Source: Clostridia bacterium (GTDB lineage: Bacteria; Bacillota; Clostridia; UBA1381; UMGS1253). From it: DNA of 64,000 bases. The stretch spans positions 82,956 to 146,955 of the forward strand of contig JAZTXH010000016.1 in the NCBI GenBank assembly GCA_045636325.1, read 5' to 3'. Below the pieces are notes generated by a model. The model did not search any database and was not told the origin of the DNA. It worked only from the letters and a program-made list of their open reading frames with translations. Positions 18,796 to 29,705 of the stretch are shown piece by piece. The translations under genes and the position numbers were made by a program. Positions within the stretch are counted from its first letter, which is position 1; each line of letters opens with the position of its first letter.

Positions 18796-18905
18796 AATTT
18801 AAAATTTGGTTGAATTTGAAGCAGGTTTGTGATATTATATAATACAATGCGATGCTTTCAAAGCATTGCTTTGGAAGTAATATTTCTGAAAAGGAGAATA
18901 AACAT

Positions 18906-19418
18906 ATGAGAAATAAAGTTCTTCAGGTTGGAGAAATTGTAAACACTCACGGGCTTCGCGGTGAGGTTAAAATTGTACCCTGGACAGATTATCCTGAGGT
19001 ATTTGAAGATTTTGACTGTGTTTATCTTGAAAAAAACAATACAAAGCTTACAATAAAAAGCATAAAATATCAAAAGTCCAATTTAATTGTAAAATTTGAT
19101 GAAATTCCCGATATAAACGAGGCTGAAAGGCTTAAGGGAAGTGTTTTGTATGTTGAAAGAGAGCAGCTTGGTGAGCCTGAGGAAGGTTATTATATATGTG
19201 ACCTTTTAGGTATAAAGGTAATTGATGAAAATGAAAATGAAATCGGTGTTATAAAGGATGTAATCAGCACGGGTAAATGTAACGATGTTTATGTTCTTTC
19301 GGCTAAAGATGGGGGAAGAGATATCCTTATTCCCGTTATTGATGAAGTTGTTTTAGACGTTGATATTGATAAAGAAATATGCCGCGTGCATATAATTGAG
19401 GGGTTGCTTGACCGATGA
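18906..19418 (+). CDS. rimM: 16S rRNA processing protein RimM
   Basis: It contains VGEIVNTHGLRGEVKI. The ATG follows AAAGGAG. Confidence 0.9.
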   Translation: MRNKVLQVGEIVNTHGLRGEVKIVPWTDYPEVFEDFDCVYLEKNNTKLTIKSIKYQKSNLIVKFDEIPDINEAERLKGSVLYVEREQLGEPEEGYYICDLLGIKVIDENENEIGVIKDVISTGKCNDVYVLSAKDGGRDILIPVIDEVVLDVDIDKEICRVHIIEGLLDR

Positions 19419-20152
19419 AATTTGATTGCCTTACACTGTTTCCCGATATGTTTAAATCTGTTTTGGGTGACAGCATAATAGGAAGAGCGGTAAACGACAA
19501 TTTAATAGATTTGAATTTTATACAAATAAGGGATTTTTCGACTGATAAGCACAAAAGGGTTGACGATTACCCTTACGGCGGCGGTACGGGAATGCTGATG
19601 TCTGTTCAGCCTGTGTATGATGCATATAAAAGTATTGAAGAGGGGCTTTCTTATAAGCCCTACACTGTGTATATGTCGCCAAAGGGCAGTGTGTTTAATC
19701 AGAATAAAGCCCGCGAGCTTTTAAAAAAGGAGCATATTGTTATTATATGTGGTCATTACGAGGGACTTGACCAAAGGGTGATTGACGAAATTGTTGACGA
19801 GGAAATCTCAATCGGTGATTTTGTTTTAACTGGTGGTGAAATTCCTGCAATGGCGGTGATTGATGCGGTGTGTCGTATGGTGCCTGGGGTGCTTGCAGGG
19901 GAAGAAAGCTATATGGGAGAGTCGCATTTTAATTCTCTTCTGGAATATCCCCAGTATACAAGGCCCTATGAATTTTTAGGCAAAACTGTTCCCGATGTTT
20001 TACTTTCGGGGCATCATAAAAATATTGAAAGTTGGAAAAGAGAGCAGTCACTTCGGGAAACTTATAAAAAAAGACCGGATATGCTAAAAACGGCACAGCT
20101 TGATAAAAAAGACCTTGAAATTTTGGAAAAAATTAAAAAGGAAAATGAATAA
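19415..20152 (+). CDS. trmD: tRNA (guanine37-N1)-methyltransferase
   Basis: It contains DDYPYGGGTGML and ICGHYEGLDQRV, and overlaps rimM by 4 nt. Confidence 0.95.
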   Translation: MKFDCLTLFPDMFKSVLGDSIIGRAVNDNLIDLNFIQIRDFSTDKHKRVDDYPYGGGTGMLMSVQPVYDAYKSIEEGLSYKPYTVYMSPKGSVFNQNKARELLKKEHIVIICGHYEGLDQRVIDEIVDEEISIGDFVLTGGEIPAMAVIDAVCRMVPGVLAGEESYMGESHFNSLLEYPQYTRPYEFLGKTVPDVLLSGHHKNIESWKREQSLRETYKKRPDMLKTAQLDKKDLEILEKIKKENE

Positions 20153-20306
20153 TATGAGAACTTTAAAATAACAGGCAACCTAATGGACGGACGTGAAGTA
20201 TTTGTTGCAGGCATCGGTGTTGCGGAAGAGAGAGGACTCAAATATTACCGTTCAACAGATTTTAGCAGTTCTTCACAGATTTATTGAAAACAAATAATTA
20301 AACAGA

Positions 20307-20353
20307 CAAATGGCAAACCGTATGTAAAAATGCGATTTGCCATTTGATTTTTT
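20307..20353. terminator. bidirectional terminator between trmD and spmB
   Basis: caaatggcaaa (20307-20317) pairs with tttgccatttg (20336-20346), followed by a T-run. Confidence 0.6.
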
Positions 20354-20365
20354 ATATAGGTTATT

Positions 20366-20884
20366 TTATTTAAAAAACATATTGCATACTGCACACGACA
20401 TAACAACACAGAAAAAATCAGCCAGAAGAGCACACAAAAGTGTGTGGCGGGTATTTTTTACCTTTGTTACGCTAAAATACAGGGCTGCAGTATATATGCT
20501 TGTTTCGGTAGATGCCATTATTGTGCAAGCAGTTTTGCCGATTATACTGTCAGGTCCATAATTTGAAAGTATATTGGAGAGTATCGCCAAAGACCCACTT
20601 CCTGAAACAGGTCGAAGAACAGAAAGCAGTGTAAGCTCAGACGGAATTGAAAAAAAATTAAATACGGGGGAAAGCAACCTTTGAATTACTTTTGCCCCGC
20701 CTGATGCCTGAAGCATTGCAGAAGCGCACATTACCGCTAAAACTCCAGGGAAAATTTCAAGGGCCATGGGAAGGGCTTCTTTTACACCGTCGGTAAAGCT
20801 TTTGAAGGCGTTTTTCTTTTGTATAGCTGAAATAATCATAATAATAAGAATAAATGCAGGTATTATATAGGAAGATATATTCAA
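20366..20884 (-). CDS. spmB: spore maturation protein B
   Basis: It is a nucleoside-recognition-type membrane protein. The motif LRPVSGSGSL...YGPDS resembles B. subtilis SpmB. It is paired with spmA. Confidence 0.8.
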   Translation of the reverse strand: MNISSYIIPAFILIIMIISAIQKKNAFKSFTDGVKEALPMALEIFPGVLAVMCASAMLQASGGAKVIQRLLSPVFNFFSIPSELTLLSVLRPVSGSGSLAILSNILSNYGPDSIIGKTACTIMASTETSIYTAALYFSVTKVKNTRHTLLCALLADFFCVVMSCAVCNMFFK

Positions 20885-20890
20885 ATTAAT

Positions 20891-21463
20891 TCACCCTTTT
20901 GATTTTTCAAATATACTGCATAAAACAAGTGCAAAAATTAATGTCATAAGTGAAACGCTCCATATAGGCATAAGAACACAGAAAACATCTTTTGAACCTG
21001 CCACAGACCGCAGTGCAAAAACCGTTGACGGAATAAGCTGAACGGAAGCAGTATTTAAAACGATAAAGCGGCACATTGCATTGGTGGCGCAAGTGTTGTT
21101 TGCATTTTTGTCAAACAGTTTCATTGCTGAAAGTCCGAATGGGGTAGCGGCATTTCCAAGACCTAAAAGATTTGCGGTTATATTTGAGCTTATATACAAA
21201 TCGAGCTCAGGCGAGGGCGGATGTTTTATGATGCGATGTGTAACAGGGCGCAAAAGCTTTGATAAAAATTTGGTTATGCCGCAGCATGAGGCAATATTTA
21301 ATATGCCTTTCCAGAAACACATGGTTGCACTTATGCTGATTATAAGCCGCGCGCAGTTTTCGCAGGCTTCAAGGCAGGCGGTAACTGTTTGCGCAGCGGT
21401 GTTATTTACGGCAGCGCAAATCAAAGAAAAGCACACCATAAAAATCCATATATAATTAATCAT
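20891..21463 (-). CDS. spmA: spore maturation protein A
   Basis: It is a membrane protein with an MINYIWIFM... N-terminus, lying upstream of spmB. Confidence 0.8.
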   Translation of the reverse strand: MINYIWIFMVCFSLICAAVNNTAAQTVTACLEACENCARLIISISATMCFWKGILNIASCCGITKFLSKLLRPVTHRIIKHPPSPELDLYISSNITANLLGLGNAATPFGLSAMKLFDKNANNTCATNAMCRFIVLNTASVQLIPSTVFALRSVAGSKDVFCVLMPIWSVSLMTLIFALVLCSIFEKSKG

Positions 21464-22965
21464 ACAACCTGCCTCCTTTTGAATTTTATAATTTTCAAGC
21501 GGCTTATATCAAAGGCTTTTGTTATTAAAAGAAAAATAATATATACAATGCATATTAAAAATGCCTTTAAAACCAGTGCTTTTACAGAAGTAAGGTAACG
21601 GGTAAATATCATTGCAGGGATGGCTCCGCAAACGGCTGCTAAAACAGGTTTTATAAAAAAGTCAGAAAATTTTATATAAAAGTGTGTTTTTCTGTAAAGC
21701 CATATAAAATTTATAGAGGAAGTAAAAATGTTGCTTATTATTATTATATATATAAATGCATCTGCACCATATAGTGGCACTAAGGTTAGAATAGCCGCTA
21801 TACGCACAACTGAGCAGAGCATATTGAATTTAAGCGAGGCAATATGTAAATCAAGGGCGGAAAGGGTACCTGCAATTACGCTTTCTGTATACATAAAGGG
21901 GATTGCAATTGAAAGCCGTCTTAAAAAATAACCTACGGTGTTTTCGTGGTAGAGTATTTCTGATATTTCATAAGCACACACAAAAAATAAAACTGCTATA
22001 AGAACAGAGGCGCCGATAGTTATATGAATGATAAACGAAAGTGTCCTTTGTATTGATCTTGTGCCTCCATTTTCGTTCATTGCTGATATTTCAGGTAAAA
22101 GCAGAGTTGAAATTGCATTAAGAAATGATGATGGAAAAAACATTATCGGTATCGCCATTCCTTTTATTATGCCAAAAACAGAAATTGCAAAGGTTTTATT
22201 TAAGGCATGTCTGAAAATTGCATCAGGCACAATAAGATTTTCAAATGTATGAAGAAAGCTTGAAAGGTAAGTGCTTATGGCGGTAGGAGCAAAAATATGA
22301 AAAAAGCTTTTTAAAGAGCACTTGCTTTGTGTATGCAAATGCTTTTTTTTAAGAACCCGCCGATATGCAATATAAAGAAAAGCAAAGGCGGCAACCTCTG
22401 AGAAAACATTTGCCTTTACTACTGCAAGACAGCAGGCATAAATATCAGTGTGGGGTGTTTTTGATAAAAGGCTGAAGCAAATAGCCATTCGCAGAGCTTG
22501 CTCAAAGAGCTGAGAATTTGAATTCACGCTTACCTTTCTTATTGCTGTAAAATAACCTTTAATGCATGCAGAGGCTGATATAAACAAAAGTCCTGTGGAG
22601 AGTAACCTTACACATGAAGCCGCATCGGGATAACCAATACTTTTTTGAGCTATAATATTTGAAAATGTCATAAAGAAGGCAGTTAGAGCAATGCTTAAAA
22701 AAACAGACAGGCGAAAGCACAGCTGCATCACCGCAATAGCCTGGCTTTTGTGTGCCGAAACCAATTTTGTTACGCTTACATTAAATCCTGCTGAGCACAG
22801 CATACACATAAGGGAATATACAGAAAAAATAAGCTGATAAATTCCCATACCCTCAGAGCCAATAGCTCCTGACAGATATATACGGAAAAATATTCCGGTG
22901 CCTCTTAGTATTATTGCGGTCAAAGTAAGTATCACAGTGTTTTTTAAAAACAGTTTTTTGTGCAA
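21460..22965 (-). CDS. MOP-superfamily flippase, SpoVB-like
   Basis: It has ~14 TM segments and overlaps spmA by 4 nt. A likely TTG start follows AAGGCGGGG, 33 codons inside the track ORF. Confidence 0.7.
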   Translation of the reverse strand: MHKKLFLKNTVILTLTAIILRGTGIFFRIYLSGAIGSEGMGIYQLIFSVYSLMCMLCSAGFNVSVTKLVSAHKSQAIAVMQLCFRLSVFLSIALTAFFMTFSNIIAQKSIGYPDAASCVRLLSTGLLFISASACIKGYFTAIRKVSVNSNSQLFEQALRMAICFSLLSKTPHTDIYACCLAVVKANVFSEVAAFAFLYIAYRRVLKKKHLHTQSKCSLKSFFHIFAPTAISTYLSSFLHTFENLIVPDAIFRHALNKTFAISVFGIIKGMAIPIMFFPSSFLNAISTLLLPEISAMNENGGTRSIQRTLSFIIHITIGASVLIAVLFFVCAYEISEILYHENTVGYFLRRLSIAIPFMYTESVIAGTLSALDLHIASLKFNMLCSVVRIAAILTLVPLYGADAFIYIIIISNIFTSSINFIWLYRKTHFYIKFSDFFIKPVLAAVCGAIPAMIFTRYLTSVKALVLKAFLICIVYIIFLLITKAFDISRLKIIKFKRRQVV

Positions 22966-23119
22966 AAAATTCCCCGCCTTTCGTTGCTTTATACAAATAT
23001 ATGGAATGGTTTTAATAAATATTTCACAAAAAAGATTTTTTTGAAAAACTATTGACAAATACAAGATTTAAGTGTATGATATTGGTAAAGTTGACGTTAG
23101 TTTAAGGAGGAATACTTAA

Positions 23120-23764
23120 GTGATAATGAGAAATATTTTGAAGCTTGGTGTTGCATCAGGGCTTTTGGTTTTGGCATTAAGCTTGACTGGTTATGCGGCA
23201 TCTGTGACAAGTGTTAATGGCACAGATGGTGTTAATGCATTTGCAACAAGTGCTGATGCTTTAACAGCTGACACAGCTCTTGAGTCAACTCTTACAGTAA
23301 GCGGTACAGTTGATATAGATGAAGCTAACGTTACAATCATGATTTCTGCTGAAGATACAATTGTTTATGTTAATCAGATAGTTGCTGATGAAGACGGCGA
23401 TTTTGAATTTGAGTTCCCTGTAACTCTTGAAGCCGGTTATATATATGAAGTTAAAGTAAACACAGAAAACAGCGAAAAAGCGAGCGAGCTATACTTTAAG
23501 ACTGCAGCTCTTCACTATGGTGATATAGACAGCGATGATAAGGTTACTTTGGATGATGCAATATATATTGCAAGAAAGTATTCTAATTTGACGCTTCCAA
23601 ATGCTACCGTAATGGCAAATTTAGATGCAGGCTTGGGCGATATAGATGGTATTAATGGAGTTACCTTGGATGATGCAATATATGTTGCAAGAAAGTATTC
23701 TAAGTTATCAGTTCCTGTTGGTGGTGTTGCTGAAAAGAGATTGGCTTGGTATGTTGCTCAGTAA
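23120..23764 (+). CDS. small secreted dockerin-containing protein
   Basis: It has a signal peptide and two EF-hand-like dockerin segments: GDIDSDDKVTLDDAIYIARKYS and GDIDGINGVTLDDAIYVARKYS. Confidence 0.7.
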   Translation: MIMRNILKLGVASGLLVLALSLTGYAASVTSVNGTDGVNAFATSADALTADTALESTLTVSGTVDIDEANVTIMISAEDTIVYVNQIVADEDGDFEFEFPVTLEAGYIYEVKVNTENSEKASELYFKTAALHYGDIDSDDKVTLDDAIYIARKYSNLTLPNATVMANLDAGLGDIDGINGVTLDDAIYVARKYSKLSVPVGGVAEKRLAWYVAQ

Positions 23765-23874
23765 TTAATAAGTTTAATGAGATTAAGGTGTGATTAAAAA
23801 ATCACACCTTTTTTGATGGATAAAAAAAGCTCTCTTCACCCATTGAAGAAAGCTTTTTTAATATTTGGGAAGTT

Positions 23875-24582
23875 TTAGTTTATTATTTCTGCCAAAGCAT
23901 ACACCATGCCGTCAGGGGAAGAAAGCATAATGCTTTTTGTTTCGGACTTAAAATTATAAAAAACTTCAATTGTATCTCCTAGTTTTGCTTGGGATTTATA
24001 CTGAATACGAAACTCTGTAAATTCAAGCTCGGGAAAAGCATTTACTATATATGAAATATAGCTTATATTATTAACGTGTTCGTTTGTATCAATATCTGTT
24101 TTATATACCTTGATGTCGCACTTTTTTTCATAGGTGTCACATTTTTTTACTTTATAAACAGTGTCATCAGGGAAAACTGATATATTTTCCACACCGTAGC
24201 TTTCAATATTTTCAGGTGTAACTTTTCCGAATTTTAAATCTTTATAGTTGTATAGAACCCATACAGATGACGCTTTTAATATAATAATTTCGTTTTCATC
24301 TGTTATATTAAAATTTCTGTAACCATACATATTTTTAAAACCGGAGGCCCATGTTTTAACTAAAAGTTTTTCATCTATGGAGGGAAAACGGTTAATTTTA
24401 ACGTGCCATCCGGCAAGAATCCATGCAAGATTTAATTCTGAAAGCTTTTTTGCTCCTATACCTGCGTTTTCACTGTGATTAATTGATGTGTCTTGAAGAT
24501 ATGCCATAAAAGCAGGCAGGCTTGCTGTTAAATTTTCGCCGGTTTCACTGTATCTTACTTTGTAATTTTCTGTATGAATCAT
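23875..24582 (-). CDS. acyl-ACP thioesterase
   Basis: It shows a double hot-dog pattern, including NLAWILAGWHVKINRFP. The ATG follows AAAGAGG. Confidence 0.75.
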   Translation of the reverse strand: MIHTENYKVRYSETGENLTASLPAFMAYLQDTSINHSENAGIGAKKLSELNLAWILAGWHVKINRFPSIDEKLLVKTWASGFKNMYGYRNFNITDENEIIILKASSVWVLYNYKDLKFGKVTPENIESYGVENISVFPDDTVYKVKKCDTYEKKCDIKVYKTDIDTNEHVNNISYISYIVNAFPELEFTEFRIQYKSQAKLGDTIEVFYNFKSETKSIMLSSPDGMVYALAEIIN

Positions 24583-24595
24583 AATGTTTGCCTCT

Positions 24596-25381
24596 TTATT
24601 CAATAATATTTATACGCTCAATGCTTTCGGCTTTGCCGTTTGCATCCGTAGTGATTATAACACCGTTTAACTGCCCCGAGCCTTCTGCAGGTTCAAAACG
24701 CTGGGGCATTCCGGTAGTAAAGCGCTTTAAAATAATTTCTTTATCCATACCGATAACAGATGTGTATGCTCCTGTCATACCAACATCTGTTATATAGGCA
24801 GTTTTTCCGGGCAGTATTTTTTCATCAGCCGTTTGTACGTGAGTATGAGTGCCGACAACAGCACTTACCTTGCCGTCAAGAAAGTAACCCATGGCTATTT
24901 TTTCGCTTGTTGCTTCAGCATGAAAATCAACTAAGATAGTATCCGTTTCCTTTTTTATTTTTTCAAGCTCACGCACTGCTGCATCAAAAGGACAGTCGCA
25001 AGGCTCCATTGAAACTCTGCCCATAATATTGATTATACCAAGCTTTTCGCCATTTATATCAATTACTGTGCTCCCTTTTCCGGGAAGGGCGCTATTTAAG
25101 TTAGCAGGGCGGATAAGACTTGGGCAGTAATCTATAATTTTTAATATTTCACTGTTATTCCATACGTGGTTGCCCATTGTAATTGCGTTAATTCCCATAT
25201 TTAAAAATTCTTCGCAAATAGTTTTGCTTATTCCTCTGCCATGGGCAGCGTTTTCACCATTTACGACAACAGCGTCAAAAGAATATTTCCGGTATAATAC
25301 ATCAAGGTTTTTAAAAAGCATATTGCGTCCGCAATTTGCCATAATGTCACCAATAAAAAGAATTTTCAACTTTAGTTTCAC
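24596..25381 (-). CDS. ymdB: YmdB-family metallophosphoesterase (2',3'-cyclic-nucleotide phosphodiesterase)
   Basis: It contains ILFIGDI, NGENAAHGRGI and GTHTHVQTADE, and lies immediately downstream of rny. Confidence 0.9.
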   Translation of the reverse strand: MKLKLKILFIGDIMANCGRNMLFKNLDVLYRKYSFDAVVVNGENAAHGRGISKTICEEFLNMGINAITMGNHVWNNSEILKIIDYCPSLIRPANLNSALPGKGSTVIDINGEKLGIINIMGRVSMEPCDCPFDAAVRELEKIKKETDTILVDFHAEATSEKIAMGYFLDGKVSAVVGTHTHVQTADEKILPGKTAYITDVGMTGAYTSVIGMDKEIILKRFTTGMPQRFEPAEGSGQLNGVIITTDANGKAESIERINIIE

Positions 25382-25464
25382 CTCTGTATAAAATAAATCA
25401 ATTATTTAGAAAAAACAGCAATTTACATAAAAATTGCTGTTTTTTATATCGCTATTATTTTTAA

Positions 25465-27036
25465 TTATTTCGCGTAGTCAATTGCTCGCATTTCTCTTAT
25501 AACATTAATCTTAATCTGACCGGGATATTCAAGCTCATCTTCGATGCGCTTTACAATATCACGAGCCATCAAAATTACATCTTCGTCCTTAACATCTTCA
25601 GGTTTAACCATAATTCTTACCTCACGACCTGCCTGAATAGCAAAAGATTTTTCAACACCATTAAAGGAGTTTGCAATTTCTTCAAGCTTTTCAAGACGCT
25701 TGATGTAAGTTTCAAGATTTTCTCTTCGTGCACCGGGCCTTGCTGCAGAAATAGCATCACAAGCCTGAACAATAGCTGCCACAATTGTAGTAGCTTCAAC
25801 GTCACCATGATGTGCCATAATAGCGTGGATAACGTCATTGTTTTCCTTGTACTTCTTAGCAATATCGGCTCCAATTGTAACGTGTGAGCCTTCAATTTCG
25901 TGGTCAACTGATTTGCCTAAGTCATGCAGCAGACCTGCACGCTTTGCTAAAGTTATATCAATGCCAAGTTCACCTGCCATAGCACCTGCAAGATGAGCTA
26001 CTTCGATTGAATGATTTAGTACATTCTGACCATAACTTGTGCGGTACTTAAGTCTGCCTAAAAGCTTTATAATTTCAGGATGCAGACCGTGAACACCTGT
26101 TTCAAATGTTGCACGTTCACCTTCCTGTTTTATTTCGGCTTCAATTTCGCGTCTTGATTTTTCAACTGTTTCTTCGATACGCGCCGGATGAATTCTGCCG
26201 TCTGCAATAAGCTTTTCAAGTGAAAGTCTTGCAATTTCACGGCGGATGGGGTCAAATCCAGATAAAATAACTGCTTCGGGAGTATCGTCTATAATAAGGT
26301 CGATACCTGTAAGTGTTTCAAGAGCACGGATATTTCTGCCTTCGCGTCCTATAATTCTGCCTTTCATTTCTTCACTGGGAAGAGCCACAACAGAAACTGT
26401 TGTTTCTGCAGCATGGTCTGCTGCAACTTTCTGAATTGCGCCTGCAACAATGTTCTTTGCGCGCTTATCAGCTTCCTCTTTTGTCTGCATCTCAATTTCC
26501 TTGATGAGCATTGCAGACTCATGACGAACCTGACTTTCAAGGTCTTTTAAAAGGAACTGCTTTGCTTCTTCAGCAGTGTAACCTGAAATCTTTTCAAGAG
26601 CTTCAATCTCTTTCTGCTTTATTTTAGCAATTTCTTCTTCCTTTTCTTCAAGCTCTTTATTCTTCTTTGCAAGAGCCGCCTCTTTTTCCTCAAGTGTTTC
26701 TGTTTTCTTGTCTAATGTTTCTTCTTTTTGCTGAATACGTCTTTCCTGACGGGAAATCTCGCTTCTGCGTTCTTTGATTTCCTTATCAAGTTCCTGACGC
26801 TGCTTGTGGTTTTCTTCTTTTGCTTCTAATAAAATTTCACGCTTTTTACTTTCAGCTGCTTTTTGAGCATCTTCAAGAATTCTTTTTGCTTCATTTTCTG
26901 CACCACCGATTGAAAGCTCTGCTTCGCGCTTGCGCTTTTCATAACCAGCTTTTGAAGCTATCTTGTATGTTACAATAGAGGATAAGATTGCGCCAACTAT
27001 CGCACATACTGCTGCTACGATTATAACCATAGCCAA
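25465..27036 (-). CDS. rny: ribonuclease Y
   Basis: It has an N-terminal TM helix, a coiled coil, a KH domain ([12 protein letters not shown]) and an HD domain (LLHDLGK). Confidence 0.95.
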   Translation of the reverse strand: MAMVIIVAAVCAIVGAILSSIVTYKIASKAGYEKRKREAELSIGGAENEAKRILEDAQKAAESKKREILLEAKEENHKQRQELDKEIKERRSEISRQERRIQQKEETLDKKTETLEEKEAALAKKNKELEEKEEEIAKIKQKEIEALEKISGYTAEEAKQFLLKDLESQVRHESAMLIKEIEMQTKEEADKRAKNIVAGAIQKVAADHAAETTVSVVALPSEEMKGRIIGREGRNIRALETLTGIDLIIDDTPEAVILSGFDPIRREIARLSLEKLIADGRIHPARIEETVEKSRREIEAEIKQEGERATFETGVHGLHPEIIKLLGRLKYRTSYGQNVLNHSIEVAHLAGAMAGELGIDITLAKRAGLLHDLGKSVDHEIEGSHVTIGADIAKKYKENNDVIHAIMAHHGDVEATTIVAAIVQACDAISAARPGARRENLETYIKRLEKLEEIANSFNGVEKSFAIQAGREVRIMVKPEDVKDEDVILMARDIVKRIEDELEYPGQIKINVIREMRAIDYAK

Positions 27037-27618
27037 AACACCTCCTTTTTTAATAGGAGTAGCAAATAAAGATTATTAAATTGTTAATGTGCAAAATTCT
27101 AAAGAAAAAATTTATGTAAAATTTTTCTTTTCCTCAGATTAAAAGTGAACATCTCCTTAAGTTTTTAATTATTTTATCAAATAATATACGGAAGCCTTTG
27201 GAAAAAACTCAAAGACTACCGGTAATCAAGAAAGAAAGTAAATATTTTAATCAACCGGCCTTTGCAGCCTGTCAACAAATTAAAAATGCTTTATATTCTA
27301 CCCACTTGTATTGTAATTATGAAAATCAAAAGAAATGATACTTAAATTATATAACACAGCAGCGTTTATAAAAATTAATTTAACTTATCTGCTGAATACG
27401 GAATTTGCACCTTGGAAAAAAGAACAAATACACTTGTTATATTTGTTGATTACATAAAATACATACCAATATATATTGTATATTCTTTTTGCGGTTATGT
27501 CAATAGAAAAAGTGTAAATTTTTATATATTTTTTAAAAAAATAATTATCTGGGGTAAAAAGTGATAAAATGGTAGCATAAATTATTTTATAAGCTATAAA
27601 TGAAAGGGATGTCTTAAA

Positions 27619-28440
27619 GTGAAAGGTTATAAAAAGTTTTTTTATTTAACAGCCACAGTTTTAATTGTAATCAGCTTGTGTGGTTGCAAAAATGGAAAAA
27701 ATAGTAAAAAAGAGAGCGTATTTTATGAACATTCAGAGTATGTTTCAGCGCTACTTACGGATAATACAAAATATGGTTGGGGATTTAAAAAGGAAAATGG
27801 TCAGGCCCCTTATATCGATGATAAAACGATAAAGATGCTTAGAGAAAACGATGCTTTTTATATGGGAAATGAAGATGAAAAATTTTTGTATCTTACTTTC
27901 GATGAAGGGTATGAGAACGGGCACACATCAAAAATACTGGACGTTTTAAAAAAAACAAACACGCCGGCGGCATTTTTTGTTACGGGAGATTACATAAAAA
28001 CACAGCCTGAGCTTGTTAAAAGAATGTATAAAGAGGGTCACATAGTAGGCAATCATACAAACCATCATCCGTCGATGCCTGATAAATCAGATGAAGAAAT
28101 TAAAGACGAGATAAGTTTGCTTAATAAAATGTATAACGATTTAACGGGGGATAATATGAAATATCTGCGTCCGCCAATGGGAGAATACAGTGTGCGTACG
28201 CTTAATATAACAAAGAAGATGGGATATAAAACTGTATTCTGGAGTTTTGCATATGTAGACTGGAAAAGAGATGTTGTAAAAGGCGCGGATTATGCATACG
28301 AGCAAATTATGCCTTATTTACACAACGGAGGAGTAATTTTGCTTCATGCAGTGTCAAAAGATAATGCTGATGTGCTTGAAAGATTTATATGTGATGCAAA
28401 ACAAATGGGATACGAATTCAAAAGCCTTGACGGAATTTAA
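27619..28440 (+). CDS. pdaA: polysaccharide deacetylase, PdaA-like (spore cortex delta-lactam de-N-acetylase)
   Basis: It has a lipoprotein-like signal (SLCGC) and the motifs YLTFDEGYENG and GHIVGNHTNHH. Confidence 0.75.
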   Translation: MKGYKKFFYLTATVLIVISLCGCKNGKNSKKESVFYEHSEYVSALLTDNTKYGWGFKKENGQAPYIDDKTIKMLRENDAFYMGNEDEKFLYLTFDEGYENGHTSKILDVLKKTNTPAAFFVTGDYIKTQPELVKRMYKEGHIVGNHTNHHPSMPDKSDEEIKDEISLLNKMYNDLTGDNMKYLRPPMGEYSVRTLNITKKMGYKTVFWSFAYVDWKRDVVKGADYAYEQIMPYLHNGGVILLHAVSKDNADVLERFICDAKQMGYEFKSLDGI

Positions 28441-28478
28441 AAAATATGCTATAATTCCCGTGAAACGGGGGATAGAGA

Positions 28479-29705
28479 ATGAAATTTACATATAAACACA
28501 CTATGTTTGCAAGCTATGTAGGATATGTAACACAGGCGATAGTTAATAATCTTGCACCGCTTTTGTTTGTAACTTTTCAAAAAGAATTTGCAGTTACTCT
28601 GGATAAAATAGGATACATTGTTTTTATAAACTTTTTTGTGCAGATTCTTACGGATATTGCGGCGGCTAAATTTGCAGATAAGTTAGGTTACAGAGTATGT
28701 GTATGTGCAGCTCATATATTGGCGGTCATCGGGCTTTCGGGGCTTGGAGTATTTCCGTATATTTTTCCTGATACATATGCAGGCATTCTTACGGCTACGG
28801 TTATAAGTGCGGTGGGAGGTGGCCTTTTGGAGGTTATTGTAAGCCCGATTGTAGAAGCGCTCCCCGGAGATGCAAAAAGTGCTAAAATGAGCTTTTTACA
28901 CTCCTTTTATTGTTGGGGACAGATGGGTATTGTAATAATTTCTACTGCATTTTTTGCCATTTGCGGAATAGAAAACTGGAAGTTTTTGTGCTTTATATGG
29001 GCACTTGTTCCGTTTTTTAATTTGCTTATGTTTTTAAAAGTACCGTTATGCAAGCTTGTGTCAGAAGAATACAAAATGCCATTTAAAAAGCTTTTGACAG
29101 ATAAAATTTTCTGGGTATTTTTGCTTCTTATGCTGAGTGCAGGGGCGTCTGAGCTTTCCATGTCACAGTGGTCAAGTTTATTTGCAGAAGCGGGTTTAAA
29201 GGTTTCAAAAGCTGCAGGTGACCTTTTAGGAATGTGTATGTTTGCTCTTTTGATGGGTATTGCACGTGTGTATTTTGGAATAAGCGGTGAAAAAATAAAA
29301 ATCGAAAACGGGCTTATTATGAGCAGTACGATATGTGTTATATCTTATCTTGCAACTGCTTTTTCAAGTAATCCGGTTATATCTTTGATTGGCTGCGCAG
29401 TATGTGGCTTGAGTGTGGGTCTTATGTGGCCGGGAACATATAGCCTTGCTGCTAAATTTTTTCCTGCAGGAGGAACAGTTATGTTTGCGGTTTTGGCATT
29501 GGCAGGAGATATGGGATGTTCAACTGGTCCTGCAATTATAGGAAAGATTTCTGTTTTTGTTCAGGATACAGGGAGGAAAATCTTGCCGTTTATAACCGGA
29601 AGTGACATAACGGAGGTCGGGCTTAAAACAGGTATTGCAATAGTAGGTATGTTTCCGCTTGCTATGCTTATAGCAGTTGCGCTGTTAAAAAGAAAAAAGA
29701 GATAA
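28479..29705 (+). CDS. MFS transporter
   Basis: The 408-aa product has ~12 TM segments. Confidence 0.7.
   Translation: MKFTYKHTMFASYVGYVTQAIVNNLAPLLFVTFQKEFAVTLDKIGYIVFINFFVQILTDIAAAKFADKLGYRVCVCAAHILAVIGLSGLGVFPYIFPDTYAGILTATVISAVGGGLLEVIVSPIVEALPGDAKSAKMSFLHSFYCWGQMGIVIISTAFFAICGIENWKFLCFIWALVPFFNLLMFLKVPLCKLVSEEYKMPFKKLLTDKIFWVFLLLMLSAGASELSMSQWSSLFAEAGLKVSKAAGDLLGMCMFALLMGIARVYFGISGEKIKIENGLIMSSTICVISYLATAFSSNPVISLIGCAVCGLSVGLMWPGTYSLAAKFFPAGGTVMFAVLALAGDMGCSTGPAIIGKISVFVQDTGRKILPFITGSDITEVGLKTGIAIVGMFPLAMLIAVALLKRKKR

Noticed and set aside
20153-20306. Expected rplS after trmD; a small ORF (MDGREVFVAGIGVAEERG...) at about 20183-20287
   Set aside because: The small ORF has no resemblance to L19 and no SD. 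Absence of rplS here is only a synteny difference and cannot be evaluated further from this window.
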